Assembly: GCA_965223905.1 (NCBI GenBank)
Contig: CBDCXV010000009.1
Coordinates: 608,001 to 672,000 of the forward strand
Source: Candidatus Latescibacterota bacterium
GTDB lineage: Bacteria > Latescibacterota > UBA2968 > UBA8231
Direction: 5' to 3'
DNA: 64,000 bases
Of the stretch, positions 1-11,705 are shown piece after piece; position 1 is the first letter of the stretch; each line of letters starts with the position of its first letter. The position numbers were made by a program, and so were the translations under genes. The notes under the pieces were generated by a model. It ran no database searches. It was not told the origin of the DNA and saw only the letters and a list, made by a program, of their open reading frames with translations.

Positions 1-1554
1 GCGACGCTGACCAATGCCCTCGACACCGGGCGGATCGCCCACTGCTACCTGTTTTGCGGTCCTCGCGGGGTCGGCAAGACCACCACGGCCCGGATTCTCG
101 CCAAGGCACTCAACTGCGGCAACCGCCGCGGAGCCGATCCCTGCCAGGAGTGCCCTGCCTGCATCAGCATCACCGACGGAACCAGCATGGACGTGCTGGA
201 GATCGACGGGGCCTCCAACAACAGCGTCGACGATGTCCGCGAGTTACGCGAGATCGTCCGCTACGTTCCCACCGCCGGCTCACACAAGATCTACATCATC
301 GACGAAGTACACATGCTGTCCACGGCGGCCTTCAACGCCCTCCTGAAGACACTCGAAGAGCCCCCGAAGCGGGTCGTGTTCGTCTTCGCGACCACCGAGG
401 TTCAGGATGTGCCCGACACGATTATTTCCCGTTGCCAGCGTTTCAATTTCCGCCGCATTCCAGCCGGGCGCATAGCAGAGCACCTGCGGATGATCGCCGA
501 GGCAGACGGCATCTCCGCGGATCAGGAAGCCCTCTACCTGCTGGCCCAACGCGCCGACGGGGCGCTCCGGGACGCCGAGAGCCTTATGGATCAAGTCGCC
601 TCGTTCGAACGCAACAGCGTGACCCCGGGGGGCGTCAGGCAGGTACTGGGGCTGGTCGACCGCAGTGCCTATTTCGAACTCTCCGACGCCGTAGTCAACG
701 GCGACGGCGGTCGCGTTCTCGACGCGATAGCGACGGCAGCGGAGGAGGGGACCGATCTCGAGGAGTTCATCAAGGGATTCAGCGAACACGTCGGGCAATG
801 GCTGTCGATTCGGGTGCAAGGCAGCGCGGACAGGCTCGAGATCGCCGATGTCGAGAAGGCCCGCTTCGAGCAGCTCGCTCCTCGTCTCCCGGAAGAGGAC
901 ATTCTGCGCATCCTCAAGGCGCTGCTGGACCTCGAGGCGGAACTTCGGCGTTCGGTCCAACCTCGCTTTCGAGTCGAAATGACGCTGGTCCGCTTGTCCC
1001 GCATGGGCCGCAGCATGGAAGTCGGAGAGTTGCTGCGCAAGGTTCGGGATATGGCCGGAGACGAGGGCCGGCCAGCTGCAACCGGGATGAACCGGACCGC
1101 CGAGGCCTCGAGGGATGAGACACAGCCCAGGCGCCAGGTCCCTCCGGAAGCGGCTGAGGCCGCGCCTGAGTCAGGAGGGACAGCGGAAGCCGCGGTCGAA
1201 GCCCCGGCGCCGAGCCTGGAGGCGATCCGCGCCTGCTGGGTCCAGGTTGTAGCCAGTCTCAAGCAGGAACAGCCCGGCACGGCCACCTCCCTTGCGGAGG
1301 CGCGGCTGGACAGGCTCGAAGGCTCGACCCTGCAGCTGCTGTTTCCCCCTGAAGCCGGCTTCCAGAAAGGCCGGGTCGACAAGAACCGCGCTGCGGTGGA
1401 GAAAGCTTTGTCGGCGAAGACAGGACAGCCTCTGCGCATTCGCTGCGAGTTGGGCGAGCAACCGGAAGCGGCTGTCGAGAAAGCCGAAGAAACTCCGGCG
1501 GATCACCCGAAGATACGCGCGGTCCTCGACGCTTTCGACGGGGAGTTGGTGTAG
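1..1554 (+). CDS. dnaX: DNA polymerase III subunit gamma/tau (5'-partial)
   Basis: Frame 1 is open from base 1: AHCYLFCGPRGVGKTTTAR (Walker A), EIDGASNNSVDDVREL, IIDEVHML, TIISRCQRF. Confidence 0.97.
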   Translation, partial: ATLTNALDTGRIAHCYLFCGPRGVGKTTTARILAKALNCGNRRGADPCQECPACISITDGTSMDVLEIDGASNNSVDDVRELREIVRYVPTAGSHKIYIIDEVHMLSTAAFNALLKTLEEPPKRVVFVFATTEVQDVPDTIISRCQRFNFRRIPAGRIAEHLRMIAEADGISADQEALYLLAQRADGALRDAESLMDQVASFERNSVTPGGVRQVLGLVDRSAYFELSDAVVNGDGGRVLDAIATAAEEGTDLEEFIKGFSEHVGQWLSIRVQGSADRLEIADVEKARFEQLAPRLPEEDILRILKALLDLEAELRRSVQPRFRVEMTLVRLSRMGRSMEVGELLRKVRDMAGDEGRPAATGMNRTAEASRDETQPRRQVPPEAAEAAPESGGTAEAAVEAPAPSLEAIRACWVQVVASLKQEQPGTATSLAEARLDRLEGSTLQLLFPPEAGFQKGRVDKNRAAVEKALSAKTGQPLRIRCELGEQPEAAVEKAEETPADHPKIRAVLDAFDGELV

Positions 1555-1568
1555 GGTCTGGAGACGGT

Positions 1569-2165
1569 ATGGGACCTGAGGCATTGGAAGAGATGATTTC
1601 GGCATTCGCCCGTCTTCCCGGGATAGGACGCAAGACCGCTCAGCGGCTGGCCTTTCATCTCATCAAGAGGCCGCCGCGGGAGGCGGAGACCCTGGCGACG
1701 GCAATCGTCAACGGGCGCAGCGGCATTCAGTACTGCGAAAAATGCTATAATTTCACTGACAAAGGGGAGATCGCCTGCGCGATCTGCCGGGATGGGACCC
1801 GCGACCCGGGGATCATCTGCGTAGTCGAGGAGGCGAGTCATGTGCTCGTCCTGGAGCGCAGCCGCCTGTTCACCGGTATATATCACGTTCTCGGAGGGGC
1901 CCTGTCGCCGCTCGACGGCATCGGGCCGGGTGATTTGCGCATCGACGAACTGGTGTCCCGGGTAAGCACGCAGCAGGTAACGGAGGTGATTCTCGCCAAC
2001 AATGCCAGCGCCGAGGGGGAGGCGACGGCAGAGTACATCCAGCGCAAGCTCGGGCAGCTCACCGTGGTCTCCAGGCTGGCGCGCGGGTTGCCGGTCGGGT
2101 CGGATCTGGATCTCGCCGACAAGGTCACGCTGGCACACGCCCTTCAGGGGCGGCGCACCTTCTGA
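1569..2165 (+). CDS. recR: Recombination protein RecR
   Basis: LPGIGRKTAQRLAFH, C4 zinc finger, YHVLGGALSPLDGIGP, SRLARGLPVG; follows dnaX. Confidence 0.97.
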   Translation: MGPEALEEMISAFARLPGIGRKTAQRLAFHLIKRPPREAETLATAIVNGRSGIQYCEKCYNFTDKGEIACAICRDGTRDPGIICVVEEASHVLVLERSRLFTGIYHVLGGALSPLDGIGPGDLRIDELVSRVSTQQVTEVILANNASAEGEATAEYIQRKLGQLTVVSRLARGLPVGSDLDLADKVTLAHALQGRRTF

Positions 2166-2174
2166 CTGAAATCC

Positions 2175-2798
2175 GTGCCATCGCGGACAGATTTGCTCAT
2201 GGCAATTCGAGAGATTGCAAACGTCCCGAACCTGCTGACGATCTCCAGGATCTTCCTGACGCCGCTGTTCCTGGCGATGCTGTTTGCGGACACCTGGTAC
2301 TGGCGAAGCATGGCCTGCGTCGTGTTCGCTCTGGCCTCGGTCACGGATTTCTACGACGGCCGCATGGCGAGGTCCAACAACCGGGTGACCGATTTCGGCC
2401 GCTTCATGGATCCACTGGCTGACAAGATCCTGGTTACGTCGGCACTGATCGCCCTGGTGCTGGGCCGCATCGTTCACTACTGGCTCGTTCTTCCGATTGT
2501 AGTGCGAGACATCATCATCACGGGGATGCGCCTCTACGGGGTCTACCACGGGCGTCAGATGGAGACCTCCAGGCTGGCCAAGTGGAAGACCTTCGCGCAA
2601 CTGCTGGCTGTCGTCATCATCCTGTTCGCGATCGGCCTTCAGGAAGTCTTCGGCCGCTTCGAGTGGGACCACCTGCTGCCGCTCGAGGAATCGCTGGTCC
2701 CCACCCTGTCGAACGGCCTGATGGCAGCGGTTCTCCTGCTTACGCTGGCCTCCGGCTTTCACTATTTTATCAGAATTGGGTACTCGGTTCGCTCTTGA
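2175..2798 (+). CDS. pgsA: CDP-diacylglycerol--glycerol-3-phosphate 3-phosphatidyltransferase
   Basis: NVPNLLTISRI and CDP-alcohol motif TDFYDGRMAR...FGRFMDPLADK; alternative ATG at 2199. Confidence 0.93.
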   Translation: MPSRTDLLMAIREIANVPNLLTISRIFLTPLFLAMLFADTWYWRSMACVVFALASVTDFYDGRMARSNNRVTDFGRFMDPLADKILVTSALIALVLGRIVHYWLVLPIVVRDIIITGMRLYGVYHGRQMETSRLAKWKTFAQLLAVVIILFAIGLQEVFGRFEWDHLLPLEESLVPTLSNGLMAAVLLLTLASGFHYFIRIGYSVRS

Positions 2799-3343
2799 GA
2801 CGCGGCGAGTCCAGTCCCCGGACGAGACCAGGTCGCGGTCTCGTCCGAGCGATTGCCACCCTTCTCTACTCCGGCCATGCGCCGGTCGCTCCGGGAACCG
2901 CTGGGAGCGCGGTGACGGCGGTCGGCTACTACTTCCTCTGTCCTTCCCTGACGGCCGTACAATGGATACTCCTCCTGGTGGGGAGCTTGGCGGTGGCGGT
3001 ATACACCGCCGGCGTCATGGCCCGCGACTGGGGACCGGACCCCGGCCCGGTGGTCATCGACGAGTTCGTCGGCTATCTCGTCTCCGTGGCGTTCCTGCCG
3101 CACAGCATCTGGATCGCGGTCGCGGGATTCTTCCTCTTCAGGGCTCTTGATATAGTAAAACCTCCCCCGGCACGCCGTCTAGAGCGGCTGCCCGGAGGCT
3201 GGGGGATCGTGCTGGACGACGTGGCGGCCGGGGTCTACTGCCAGTTGATCCTGTGGGCCGCAGTCATCGCCGGCGGCTGGCCCGAAGCACCGGAGATCGT
3301 CCAGGAAGCGGGGCACGCGTTATTGGAAACGCTTGGGGAATGA
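2795..3343 (+). CDS. pgpA: Phosphatidylglycerophosphatase A
   Basis: [43 protein letters not shown]; TTG start overlaps the pgsA stop (start inferred). Confidence 0.92.
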   Translation: MRRGESSPRTRPGRGLVRAIATLLYSGHAPVAPGTAGSAVTAVGYYFLCPSLTAVQWILLLVGSLAVAVYTAGVMARDWGPDPGPVVIDEFVGYLVSVAFLPHSIWIAVAGFFLFRALDIVKPPPARRLERLPGGWGIVLDDVAAGVYCQLILWAAVIAGGWPEAPEIVQEAGHALLETLGE

Positions 3344-3353
3344 CGTTCGAGCC

Positions 3354-4421
3354 ATGGCGAAAGAGAACGACAACAGTCAGGACAAGAAGGCCGGGGATCG
3401 GGAAAACGCACTCGATCTCGCTCTCTCCCAGATCGAAAAGCAGCACGGCAAGGGGGCCGTCATGCGACTTGGGGAGCGAGGTGGTCGCGTAGATGTGGAA
3501 GCGATACCGAGCGGGTCCCTGGCCCTCGACCGGGCGCTCGGGATCGGGGGGTTTCCCAAAGGCCGCATCGTCGAGATCTACGGGCCCGAGGGATCGGGCA
3601 AGACGATGGTCTCCCTGCACGTCGTACGGGAGGCGCAGAGAGAGGGTGGGACGGCCGCTTTCATCGACGCCGAGCACGCCCTCGACGTCGGCTTCGCGCG
3701 CCGCATCGGCGTCGATGTCGACGGGCTCATCATCTCCCAGCCCGACAGCGGCGAGCAGGCGCTCGAAATAGTCGATACCCTGGTGCGTAGCGGGGCCTTC
3801 GATATCATCGTCCTCGACTCGGTTGCGGCGCTCGTTCCCCAGGCCGAGCTCGACGGCGAAATGGGGGATTCGCACATGGGGCTGCAGGCGCGTCTGATGT
3901 CCCAGGCGCTGCGCAAGCTGGCCCCATCGATCAATCGCTCGCAGACCTGCGTGGTATTCATCAACCAGTTGCGCATGAAAATCGGAGTCATGTTCGGCAA
4001 CCCGGAGACGACCACAGGCGGCAGGGCACTCGGTTTCTACGCCTCGCTCCGCCTGGACATCCGGCGCGTCGCCCAGATCAAGGACGGCGACGAAGCCGTC
4101 GGAAGCCGCACACGCGTCAAGGTGGTGAAGAACAAGCTGGCGCCCCCCTACCGGCAGGCGGAGTTCGACCTCTTCTTTCAGGGCGACCAGATCGGCATGT
4201 CGCGCGAGGGGGACATCGTCGACATCGGTGTCGACTGCGGGCTGATCCAAAAGAGCGGCACGTGGTTTTCCTACAACGGAGAACGTCTCGGCCAGGGTCG
4301 CGAGAATGCCAAGGGGTTTCTCGCCGATAATGAAGAACTCGCCGCCGCCCTCGAGTCCCGGCTGCGGACGGAGCTGGGACTCGGCAACGGTTCGCCGCCG
4401 AACGCCGAATCAGGGGAGTGA
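3354..4421 (+). CDS. recA: Recombinase RecA
   Basis: [47 protein letters not shown]. Confidence 0.99.
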   Translation: MAKENDNSQDKKAGDRENALDLALSQIEKQHGKGAVMRLGERGGRVDVEAIPSGSLALDRALGIGGFPKGRIVEIYGPEGSGKTMVSLHVVREAQREGGTAAFIDAEHALDVGFARRIGVDVDGLIISQPDSGEQALEIVDTLVRSGAFDIIVLDSVAALVPQAELDGEMGDSHMGLQARLMSQALRKLAPSINRSQTCVVFINQLRMKIGVMFGNPETTTGGRALGFYASLRLDIRRVAQIKDGDEAVGSRTRVKVVKNKLAPPYRQAEFDLFFQGDQIGMSREGDIVDIGVDCGLIQKSGTWFSYNGERLGQGRENAKGFLADNEELAAALESRLRTELGLGNGSPPNAESGE

Positions 4422-4422
4422 C

Positions 4423-4938
4423 GTGGTGCCGTCGCAGCACGACAGCATGTGCCAGGCCAGGGAGGCGGCGCTACGCTACCTGGGAAACCAGGACCGCACC
4501 GAGCACCAGGTTCGGCGAAAACTGGGCGAGAGAGGTTTCGAGAAGACCGTGATCGAGTCGACCCTTGCCGATCTCGGACGTGCCCGTCTTCTCGACGACC
4601 GCGCCTTCGCGCGCCGCTGGATCGAAAGCAGGATGGCGAACCGGCCGGCGGGGGAATCGCGCTTCGAGCGGGATCTGCAAAGCAGGGGGGTAGCCCCCGA
4701 TGTCATTGCCGAGGTGCTCGCCGAGTTCGATACCGTCGGGTCGGAAGGGGCTGCGTTGCAGGTGCTCCGCCTGCACCGGTGGAGATACGCGGGGTTGGCG
4801 GAAGAGAAGGCCAGACGGCGCATGTGGGGATTGCTGAGCCGGCGGGGGTTCGACGCGGATACCAGCCAGCGCGCCGTCGAAAAGATGCTGGCCGAGACGG
4901 CCGGCGAGAGCGTGGCAACAGTGGAGCAAATGCAGTGA
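4423..4938 (+). CDS. recX: Regulatory protein RecX
   Basis: ALRYLGNQDRTEHQVRRKL, LLDDRAFA, LSRRGF; directly after recA; start approximate. Confidence 0.9.
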   Translation: MVPSQHDSMCQAREAALRYLGNQDRTEHQVRRKLGERGFEKTVIESTLADLGRARLLDDRAFARRWIESRMANRPAGESRFERDLQSRGVAPDVIAEVLAEFDTVGSEGAALQVLRLHRWRYAGLAEEKARRRMWGLLSRRGFDADTSQRAVEKMLAETAGESVATVEQMQ

Positions 4939-7547
4939 AGTCGGGGGAATTTCGCGAGACATTTCTGAGCTTTTTCGAAGAACGCGGGCATCGGCGTGTG
5001 CCGAGCGCCTCGATCGTGCCTGGAGACGACCCTACGCTCCTGTTCACGAACGCGGGTATGAACCAGTTCAAGGACGTGTTCCTCGGGCACGGGAAGCGGG
5101 ACTACAGCCGCGCGGTCGACACCCAGAAGTGCATCCGGGTCTCGGGCAAACACAACGATCTGGAGGAAGTAGGGGTCAGTCCCTGGCACCACACGTTTTT
5201 CGAGATGCTGGGCAACTGGTCGTTCGGCGACTACTTCAAGGAGGAGGCCATCACCTGGGGATGGGAGCTGGTGACCGAACGCCTCGGCCTGGAGAAGGAG
5301 CGACTCTGGGCGACGGTCTTCGAGGGCAGCGAGGCGGAGCAGCTGCAACCTGATGATGAGGCGGAGAGCTTGTGGGTCAAGTGCACGGACCTACCCGCGC
5401 ACCGCGTCGTGCGTCTCGGCAGCAAAGATAACTTCTGGGAAATGGGGGAGACAGGCCCCTGCGGCCCCTGCTCGGAGATCCACTACTTCCTCGGGGACGA
5501 CCTCGATGGGCAGAGCGCCGAGCTGCTGCGACGGGACAGCGGCGATTTTGTCGAGATCTGGAACCTCGTGTTCATCCAGTTCAACCGCGAGCCCTCCGGC
5601 AGTCTGCAGCCCTTGCCGGCTAGGCACGTCGATACCGGAATGGGTTTCGAACGGATGTGCAGCCTGCTTCAGTGCCGGGAAAGCAACTACGACACCGATG
5701 TTTTCCAGCCGCTGATCGCACGGATCGCCGATCTCATCGGAAAGCATCCCGGAGAAGGAAACCTGGTGCCGATGCGGGTGATCGCAGATCACGTCCGCAC
5801 CCTGACGGTGGCGATTTCCGACGGCGTCCTGCCCTCGAACGACGGCCGCGGGTACGTCATGCGGCGCCTGCTGCGCCGCGCCGCGCGCTTCGGCCGCAAG
5901 CTCGATCAGCACGAGCCTTTCATCCACAGGCTGACCTCCACCGTCGTCGACCAGATGGGCGCCGTTTTCCCGGAGATCGCGCAGAAGTGTGATCACGCAG
6001 CCCGGGTCATCCGCTCGGAGGAGGAGAGCTTCGGCGCAACCCTGGACCGCGGCCTCGACATCTTCGAAAAGCTGAGCGCGAAGGGGGAGCTGACAGGGGC
6101 CGACGCCTTCATGCTGCACGACACCTACGGTTTCCCGCTCGACCTGACCGAGCTAATGGCCAGGGAACGCGGCCTTGGCGTCGACACCGAGGAATTCGAG
6201 CGCGAGCTCGAGGTGCAGCGAGCCCGCGCCCGGCGCGCCACCAGGAACCAGTTCACCGCTGACGAGAGCGTGGGGGAACTCATTGCCGGCGAGCACTCGC
6301 AATTCGTCGGCTACACCGAGCTGTCGTCAGCCGCAGAGGTAGTGAATGCCGAGGTCGATGGCGACGGCGGCGTAAGGCTGTTTCTCGATCGCACCCCTTT
6401 CTACGCCGAGGCGGGAGGTCAGACCGGCGACCGCGGTGTCATAGCAGGATCCGGTTTTGCTGTCGATGTCGAGAATACGGTCAGCGCCCGCGGGGGAATC
6501 ATGCACGTCGGCAGTCTGCGCAGCGGAAGCGAGCCTCCCGGTGGGGTGGTCAGCGCCGAGGTCGACGTCGACTCCCGCGCCGCGGTTGCCCGTAACCACA
6601 CCGCTACCCACCTCCTGAACGAGGCGCTGCGTCGAATTTTGGGGGATCACGTGTCGCAAATGGGCTCGCTGGTCGCCCCCGGCCGCCTGCGTTTCGACTT
6701 TTCCCATTTCGCCGCGGTGGAGCCCCAACAGATTCGCGATGTCGAAGCGCTCGTCAACGAGCAGATTCGCGCCGACAGCGTGATCCTCGCCTTCGAGGAA
6801 GATCTCGACACCGCCAGGAAGATGGGGGCCCAGGCGCTGTTCGGAGAGAAATACGACAGCCGCGTCCGCGTAGTGCGGATCGGGGAATTCAGCCTCGAAC
6901 TCTGTGGCGGTACCCACGCCGAAACCACCGGCCGGATCGGCTCCTTCGCCCTGGTTTCCGAGGGGGGTATCGCCGCCGGGACGCGCCGGGTGGAGGCGAT
7001 CAGCGGCGATGTCGCCGTGCAGGATGCCCGGCGGCACCGCGACCTCGCCGGAGATCTGTCGCAGCTGCTCAACGCCGCTGCCGACGACCTTGCCAACCAG
7101 GTCTGCGAGCTGATGCAGCGCAACAAGGAGCTGGAGCGACGGTTGGAGGAGAGCAGGCACCGAGCCGCGGGAGACGAAGCGGTCCGGCTGGTGGAGCAGG
7201 CTGAGCTCGTCGAGGGTGTTCGGGTGGTCGCCGGCCGCGTCGAAACCGAAGATGCCGGGTCGATGCGCAACATGGCCGACGGGCTGCGCGACAACCTAGG
7301 CTCCGGCGTCGGCGTACTCGGCGCCGTCTTCAAGGGCAAGGCTTCGTTCATTGCCGTGGTAACCGACGACCTCATCGCCTCCAGGCGATTGCACGCAGGG
7401 GATATCGTGCGTGGGGTCGCCGAGTTGGCCGGGGGGTCGGGCGGCGGCAAGCCGCACATGGCCCAGGCGGGTGGCCGGGAGCCGGAGAAGGTGAACGAGG
7501 CGCTGGCTGCGGTTCCCGGTATCCTGCACCGGATTCTGCAAAGGTAG
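4935..7547 (+). CDS. alaS: Alanine--tRNA ligase
   Basis: LLFTNAGMNQFK, HHTFFEMLGNWSFGDYFK, RNHTATHLL, ELCGGTH, GGSGGGKPHMAQAGG; GTG start overlaps the recX stop. Confidence 0.99.
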   Translation: MKSGEFRETFLSFFEERGHRRVPSASIVPGDDPTLLFTNAGMNQFKDVFLGHGKRDYSRAVDTQKCIRVSGKHNDLEEVGVSPWHHTFFEMLGNWSFGDYFKEEAITWGWELVTERLGLEKERLWATVFEGSEAEQLQPDDEAESLWVKCTDLPAHRVVRLGSKDNFWEMGETGPCGPCSEIHYFLGDDLDGQSAELLRRDSGDFVEIWNLVFIQFNREPSGSLQPLPARHVDTGMGFERMCSLLQCRESNYDTDVFQPLIARIADLIGKHPGEGNLVPMRVIADHVRTLTVAISDGVLPSNDGRGYVMRRLLRRAARFGRKLDQHEPFIHRLTSTVVDQMGAVFPEIAQKCDHAARVIRSEEESFGATLDRGLDIFEKLSAKGELTGADAFMLHDTYGFPLDLTELMARERGLGVDTEEFERELEVQRARARRATRNQFTADESVGELIAGEHSQFVGYTELSSAAEVVNAEVDGDGGVRLFLDRTPFYAEAGGQTGDRGVIAGSGFAVDVENTVSARGGIMHVGSLRSGSEPPGGVVSAEVDVDSRAAVARNHTATHLLNEALRRILGDHVSQMGSLVAPGRLRFDFSHFAAVEPQQIRDVEALVNEQIRADSVILAFEEDLDTARKMGAQALFGEKYDSRVRVVRIGEFSLELCGGTHAETTGRIGSFALVSEGGIAAGTRRVEAISGDVAVQDARRHRDLAGDLSQLLNAAADDLANQVCELMQRNKELERRLEESRHRAAGDEAVRLVEQAELVEGVRVVAGRVETEDAGSMRNMADGLRDNLGSGVGVLGAVFKGKASFIAVVTDDLIASRRLHAGDIVRGVAELAGGSGGGKPHMAQAGGREPEKVNEALAAVPGILHRILQR

Positions 7548-7554
7548 ACGGAGA

Positions 7555-8376
7555 GTGGAACGGACTGCGCCATACGATCCTGATTCTGTCCCGGGACGGC
7601 GGCCTTGGAACGAGTGTGACGGACAGCAGCAAGCCACCGCCCTGGAATACCTCCTCTCGGTGCGCGATTCCCGGGGAGCCGGGTACCTGCCTCTTCTCGA
7701 TCCGGACCGGCTGTCGCTCGACGAACTGGAGGCAAGGGCGGAGGCGTGCGCAGAAGTGGGTGCCGACGCGATTCTCGTCGGCACGAGCCTGATGCTGTCG
7801 ACGAGCCGGAATGCCGCCCTCTTCGAGCGCTTGAAGCAGTCTGTCGACATTCCCGTCATCAGCTTTCCCGGGGATGCCAGCCAGGTCGTGTCCACCGCGG
7901 ATGCCCTGCTTTTTCTCGCAATGATCAGCGGCCGTAATCCCGAACTGCTCATCGGCCAGCACGTGCGCGCCGCGCCGCTGCTGAAGGAGTACGGCATCGA
8001 GGTCATCCCCACGGGGTACATGCTGATTGAATCCGGGACCCTGACCTCGGCGGAGTACATGAGTTCGACGCGGCCGATTCCCAGGGCGAAGAGGGACATC
8101 GCCATGGCGCATGCTCTCGCCGCGGAATATCTCGGCATGAAGCTGATCTACATGGACACCGGCAGTGGCGCCGGCGATTCGGTTTCCGGGCAGCTCATTA
8201 CCGCGGTGGTCGACTACATCTCCCTACCCGTGATCGTTGGCGGCGGTATCCGGGATGCGGAGACGGTGCGGGAAAAGGTCGACGCCGGGGCGAGCTTCGT
8301 CGTGACCGGGACCGCGGTCGAAGCCGATCCTTCGCGGCTTCGCGAGCTGAGCGACGCCGTGCATTTCAAAGGTTGA
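7555..8376 (+). CDS. Geranylgeranylglyceryl/heptaprenylglyceryl phosphate synthase (GGGPS/PcrB family, group II-like)
   Basis: [58 protein letters not shown]. Confidence 0.9.
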   Translation: MERTAPYDPDSVPGRRPWNECDGQQQATALEYLLSVRDSRGAGYLPLLDPDRLSLDELEARAEACAEVGADAILVGTSLMLSTSRNAALFERLKQSVDIPVISFPGDASQVVSTADALLFLAMISGRNPELLIGQHVRAAPLLKEYGIEVIPTGYMLIESGTLTSAEYMSSTRPIPRAKRDIAMAHALAAEYLGMKLIYMDTGSGAGDSVSGQLITAVVDYISLPVIVGGGIRDAETVREKVDAGASFVVTGTAVEADPSRLRELSDAVHFKG

Positions 8377-8404
8377 GCGAGATGCAGCAAGCGAGTCCGC
8401 AGCC

Positions 8405-8677
8405 GTGGTAGCCAGAGAAGCGGTCATAGCGAACCGGCTCGGGATTCACGCCCGCCCGGCAACCCTTCTGGTAAAGGAAGCGGCGAGCTTCGAAGCGGAC
8501 ATCTTCCTGTCGAAGGGGAGCATCCGGCGCATCAACGGCAAGAGCATAATGGGAGTGATGATGCTGGCCGCGGAACAGGGCGCGACAGTGCTGGTCGAAG
8601 CCGAGGGCCCCGACGAAGAGGGGGCGGCCGCAGCGATTGCCGGGCTTCTGGCGAGCAGTTTCGAAGAGGCGGCGTGA
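8405..8677 (+). CDS. ptsH: Phosphocarrier protein HPr
   Basis: GIHARPA (His15) and [11 protein letters not shown] (Ser46). Confidence 0.95.
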   Translation: MVAREAVIANRLGIHARPATLLVKEAASFEADIFLSKGSIRRINGKSIMGVMMLAAEQGATVLVEAEGPDEEGAAAAIAGLLASSFEEAA

Positions 8678-10452
8678 GCGACCAAATTCACATACTGCGG
8701 GGTATTCCGGCATCACCCGGTATCGGGATCGGGAAAGCCTTTCTCTACCGGGCCGAGTCTCCCCCCGTGGTGCGTCGCCGGGTGGCACCACACCTTGCCG
8801 ACAGTGAAACGGATCGTTTCCTCAACGCCCTGCAGATGGCTGCCGACGAGGTACGACGCACCAGGCACCTCGTGGAGATCGAGCACGGGGACGACCTCGC
8901 CCAGATCTTCGATGCCCAGCTGGCGATGCTGGAAGACGAGCAGGTCAAGGACCGAACCGTGGAGATCATCCGCGGAGAACACCTCGCCGCGGAGCCGGCT
9001 TTCGTTCAGAACATGCGATCCCTGCAGGCGGCATTCGAGGATTCCGACAACGAGTACCTGCGTGCCCGGGCCGCGGATGTCCGCGACATCGAGCACCAGG
9101 TTTTGATGCGCCTCCTCGGTGGCGGCCTTCACGGACTGCACTCGTTGCGCTCGAACACGATCGTCGTCGCCCGCGACCTGCTGCCTTCCGAATCGGTGCG
9201 CCTGGGCCGCAAGCTGGTCAAGGGTCTTGTTCTCGACCAGGGTGGAGCGACATACCACGCCGTCATCATCGCGCGCTCGCTCGGCCTGCCTTCGGTAGTG
9301 GGCACGGAGGTCGCTTCCCGTTCCATCCGCTCCGGGGATCCGCTCGTCGTCGACGGCGACGAAGGCAGCGTGCACGTTTTTCCGGGGGCGGAGAGGTTGC
9401 GCTATTTCCAGTCGGAGCTGCGCCGGCAGCACCGGCGGGAGCGCGATCTGCGAGCCCGCCGCGATCTTCCTGCGAGGACGCGGGACGGGACGGAGATCGC
9501 CCTCATGGCCAACGTCGACCTGCAGCAGGAGGTCGAGGTCGCCCTCGAGAACGGCGCCGCCGGGGTCGGCATGTTTCGCACCGAGTTCCTCTACATGGAC
9601 CACCGCCCGCCAACGGAGGAGGAGCAGTTGGACATCTATCGCGGCGCGGTGGAAGCAATGGCGCCGCGCCCGGTCGTCATCCGCACCTTCGACCTGGGCG
9701 GGGACAAGCTCTCCAGCTCGCTGGGGCCGGTTTCGGAACGCAACCCGTTCCTCGGGTGGCGCGGGATTCGTCTCTGTCTCGACAATCCGGAGTTCTTCAA
9801 GGTGCAACTGCGGGCACTCCTGCGCGCCGCGGCCGGGGCCGACCTGCGCATCCTGATTCCGATGGTCACCACCCTGAACGAGTTGCGGCAGACGAAGAAC
9901 CTGATCCGCGAGGCTGCACGGGAGCTGCGGGAACGGCGGCTGGAGCACTCGGCCGACTGCAAGGTCGGGATCATGGTCGAGGTGCCATCGACGGCAATCA
10001 CCATAGACAGGTTCGTTCCGGAGGTCGACTTCCTGAGCCTCGGAACCAACGATCTGGTGCAGTACACCCTCGCGGTCGATCGCACGACCCCGAAAGTAGC
10101 GGATCTTTACGATCACTATGATCCAGCGGTCTTGAGGCTCATCAAGGATGTCGCGGACAGCGGCCGGCGCAACGGCGTGACGACAAGCATTTGCGGCGAG
10201 ATGGCCGGGGATCCGCTGGCGGCCGTTCTCCTCCTCGGTTTGGGGGTCGAGACATTGAGTGTCAGTCCGGGGCTGATACCGGAGCTCAAGGAAGCGGTGC
10301 GGTCGATCGCGATCGCCCGGGCGCGGGAAATCGCCGCCCACTGCCTCACCCTGGAATCCGGAGCTGCAGTGCGCACCTGTCTCGAGGAAGCCTTTTCCCA
10401 AAGTGCCGCGCCGCGGCGAAAGCGACCGCGATTTCAGGGGCGAGGAGGATGA
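8674..10452 (+). CDS. ptsI: PTS enzyme I (PEP-protein phosphotransferase)
   Basis: [54 protein letters not shown]. Confidence 0.96.
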   Translation: MSDQIHILRGIPASPGIGIGKAFLYRAESPPVVRRRVAPHLADSETDRFLNALQMAADEVRRTRHLVEIEHGDDLAQIFDAQLAMLEDEQVKDRTVEIIRGEHLAAEPAFVQNMRSLQAAFEDSDNEYLRARAADVRDIEHQVLMRLLGGGLHGLHSLRSNTIVVARDLLPSESVRLGRKLVKGLVLDQGGATYHAVIIARSLGLPSVVGTEVASRSIRSGDPLVVDGDEGSVHVFPGAERLRYFQSELRRQHRRERDLRARRDLPARTRDGTEIALMANVDLQQEVEVALENGAAGVGMFRTEFLYMDHRPPTEEEQLDIYRGAVEAMAPRPVVIRTFDLGGDKLSSSLGPVSERNPFLGWRGIRLCLDNPEFFKVQLRALLRAAAGADLRILIPMVTTLNELRQTKNLIREAARELRERRLEHSADCKVGIMVEVPSTAITIDRFVPEVDFLSLGTNDLVQYTLAVDRTTPKVADLYDHYDPAVLRLIKDVADSGRRNGVTTSICGEMAGDPLAAVLLLGLGVETLSVSPGLIPELKEAVRSIAIARAREIAAHCLTLESGAAVRTCLEEAFSQSAAPRRKRPRFQGRGG

Positions 10453-10492
10453 ACTTCAAAAGCGCGTCTGCGAGATTGCGAAAGGAAGAAGC

Positions 10493-11656
<1,164 letters not shown>

Positions 11657-11705
11657 GCGGCCGGCCTTTCGACGAGCGCGATCGCCGCCCGCGCCTCGAA
11701 GGAGT

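Noticed and set aside
1554-1569. Missing ybaB between dnaX and recR
   Set aside because: Common gene-order variation
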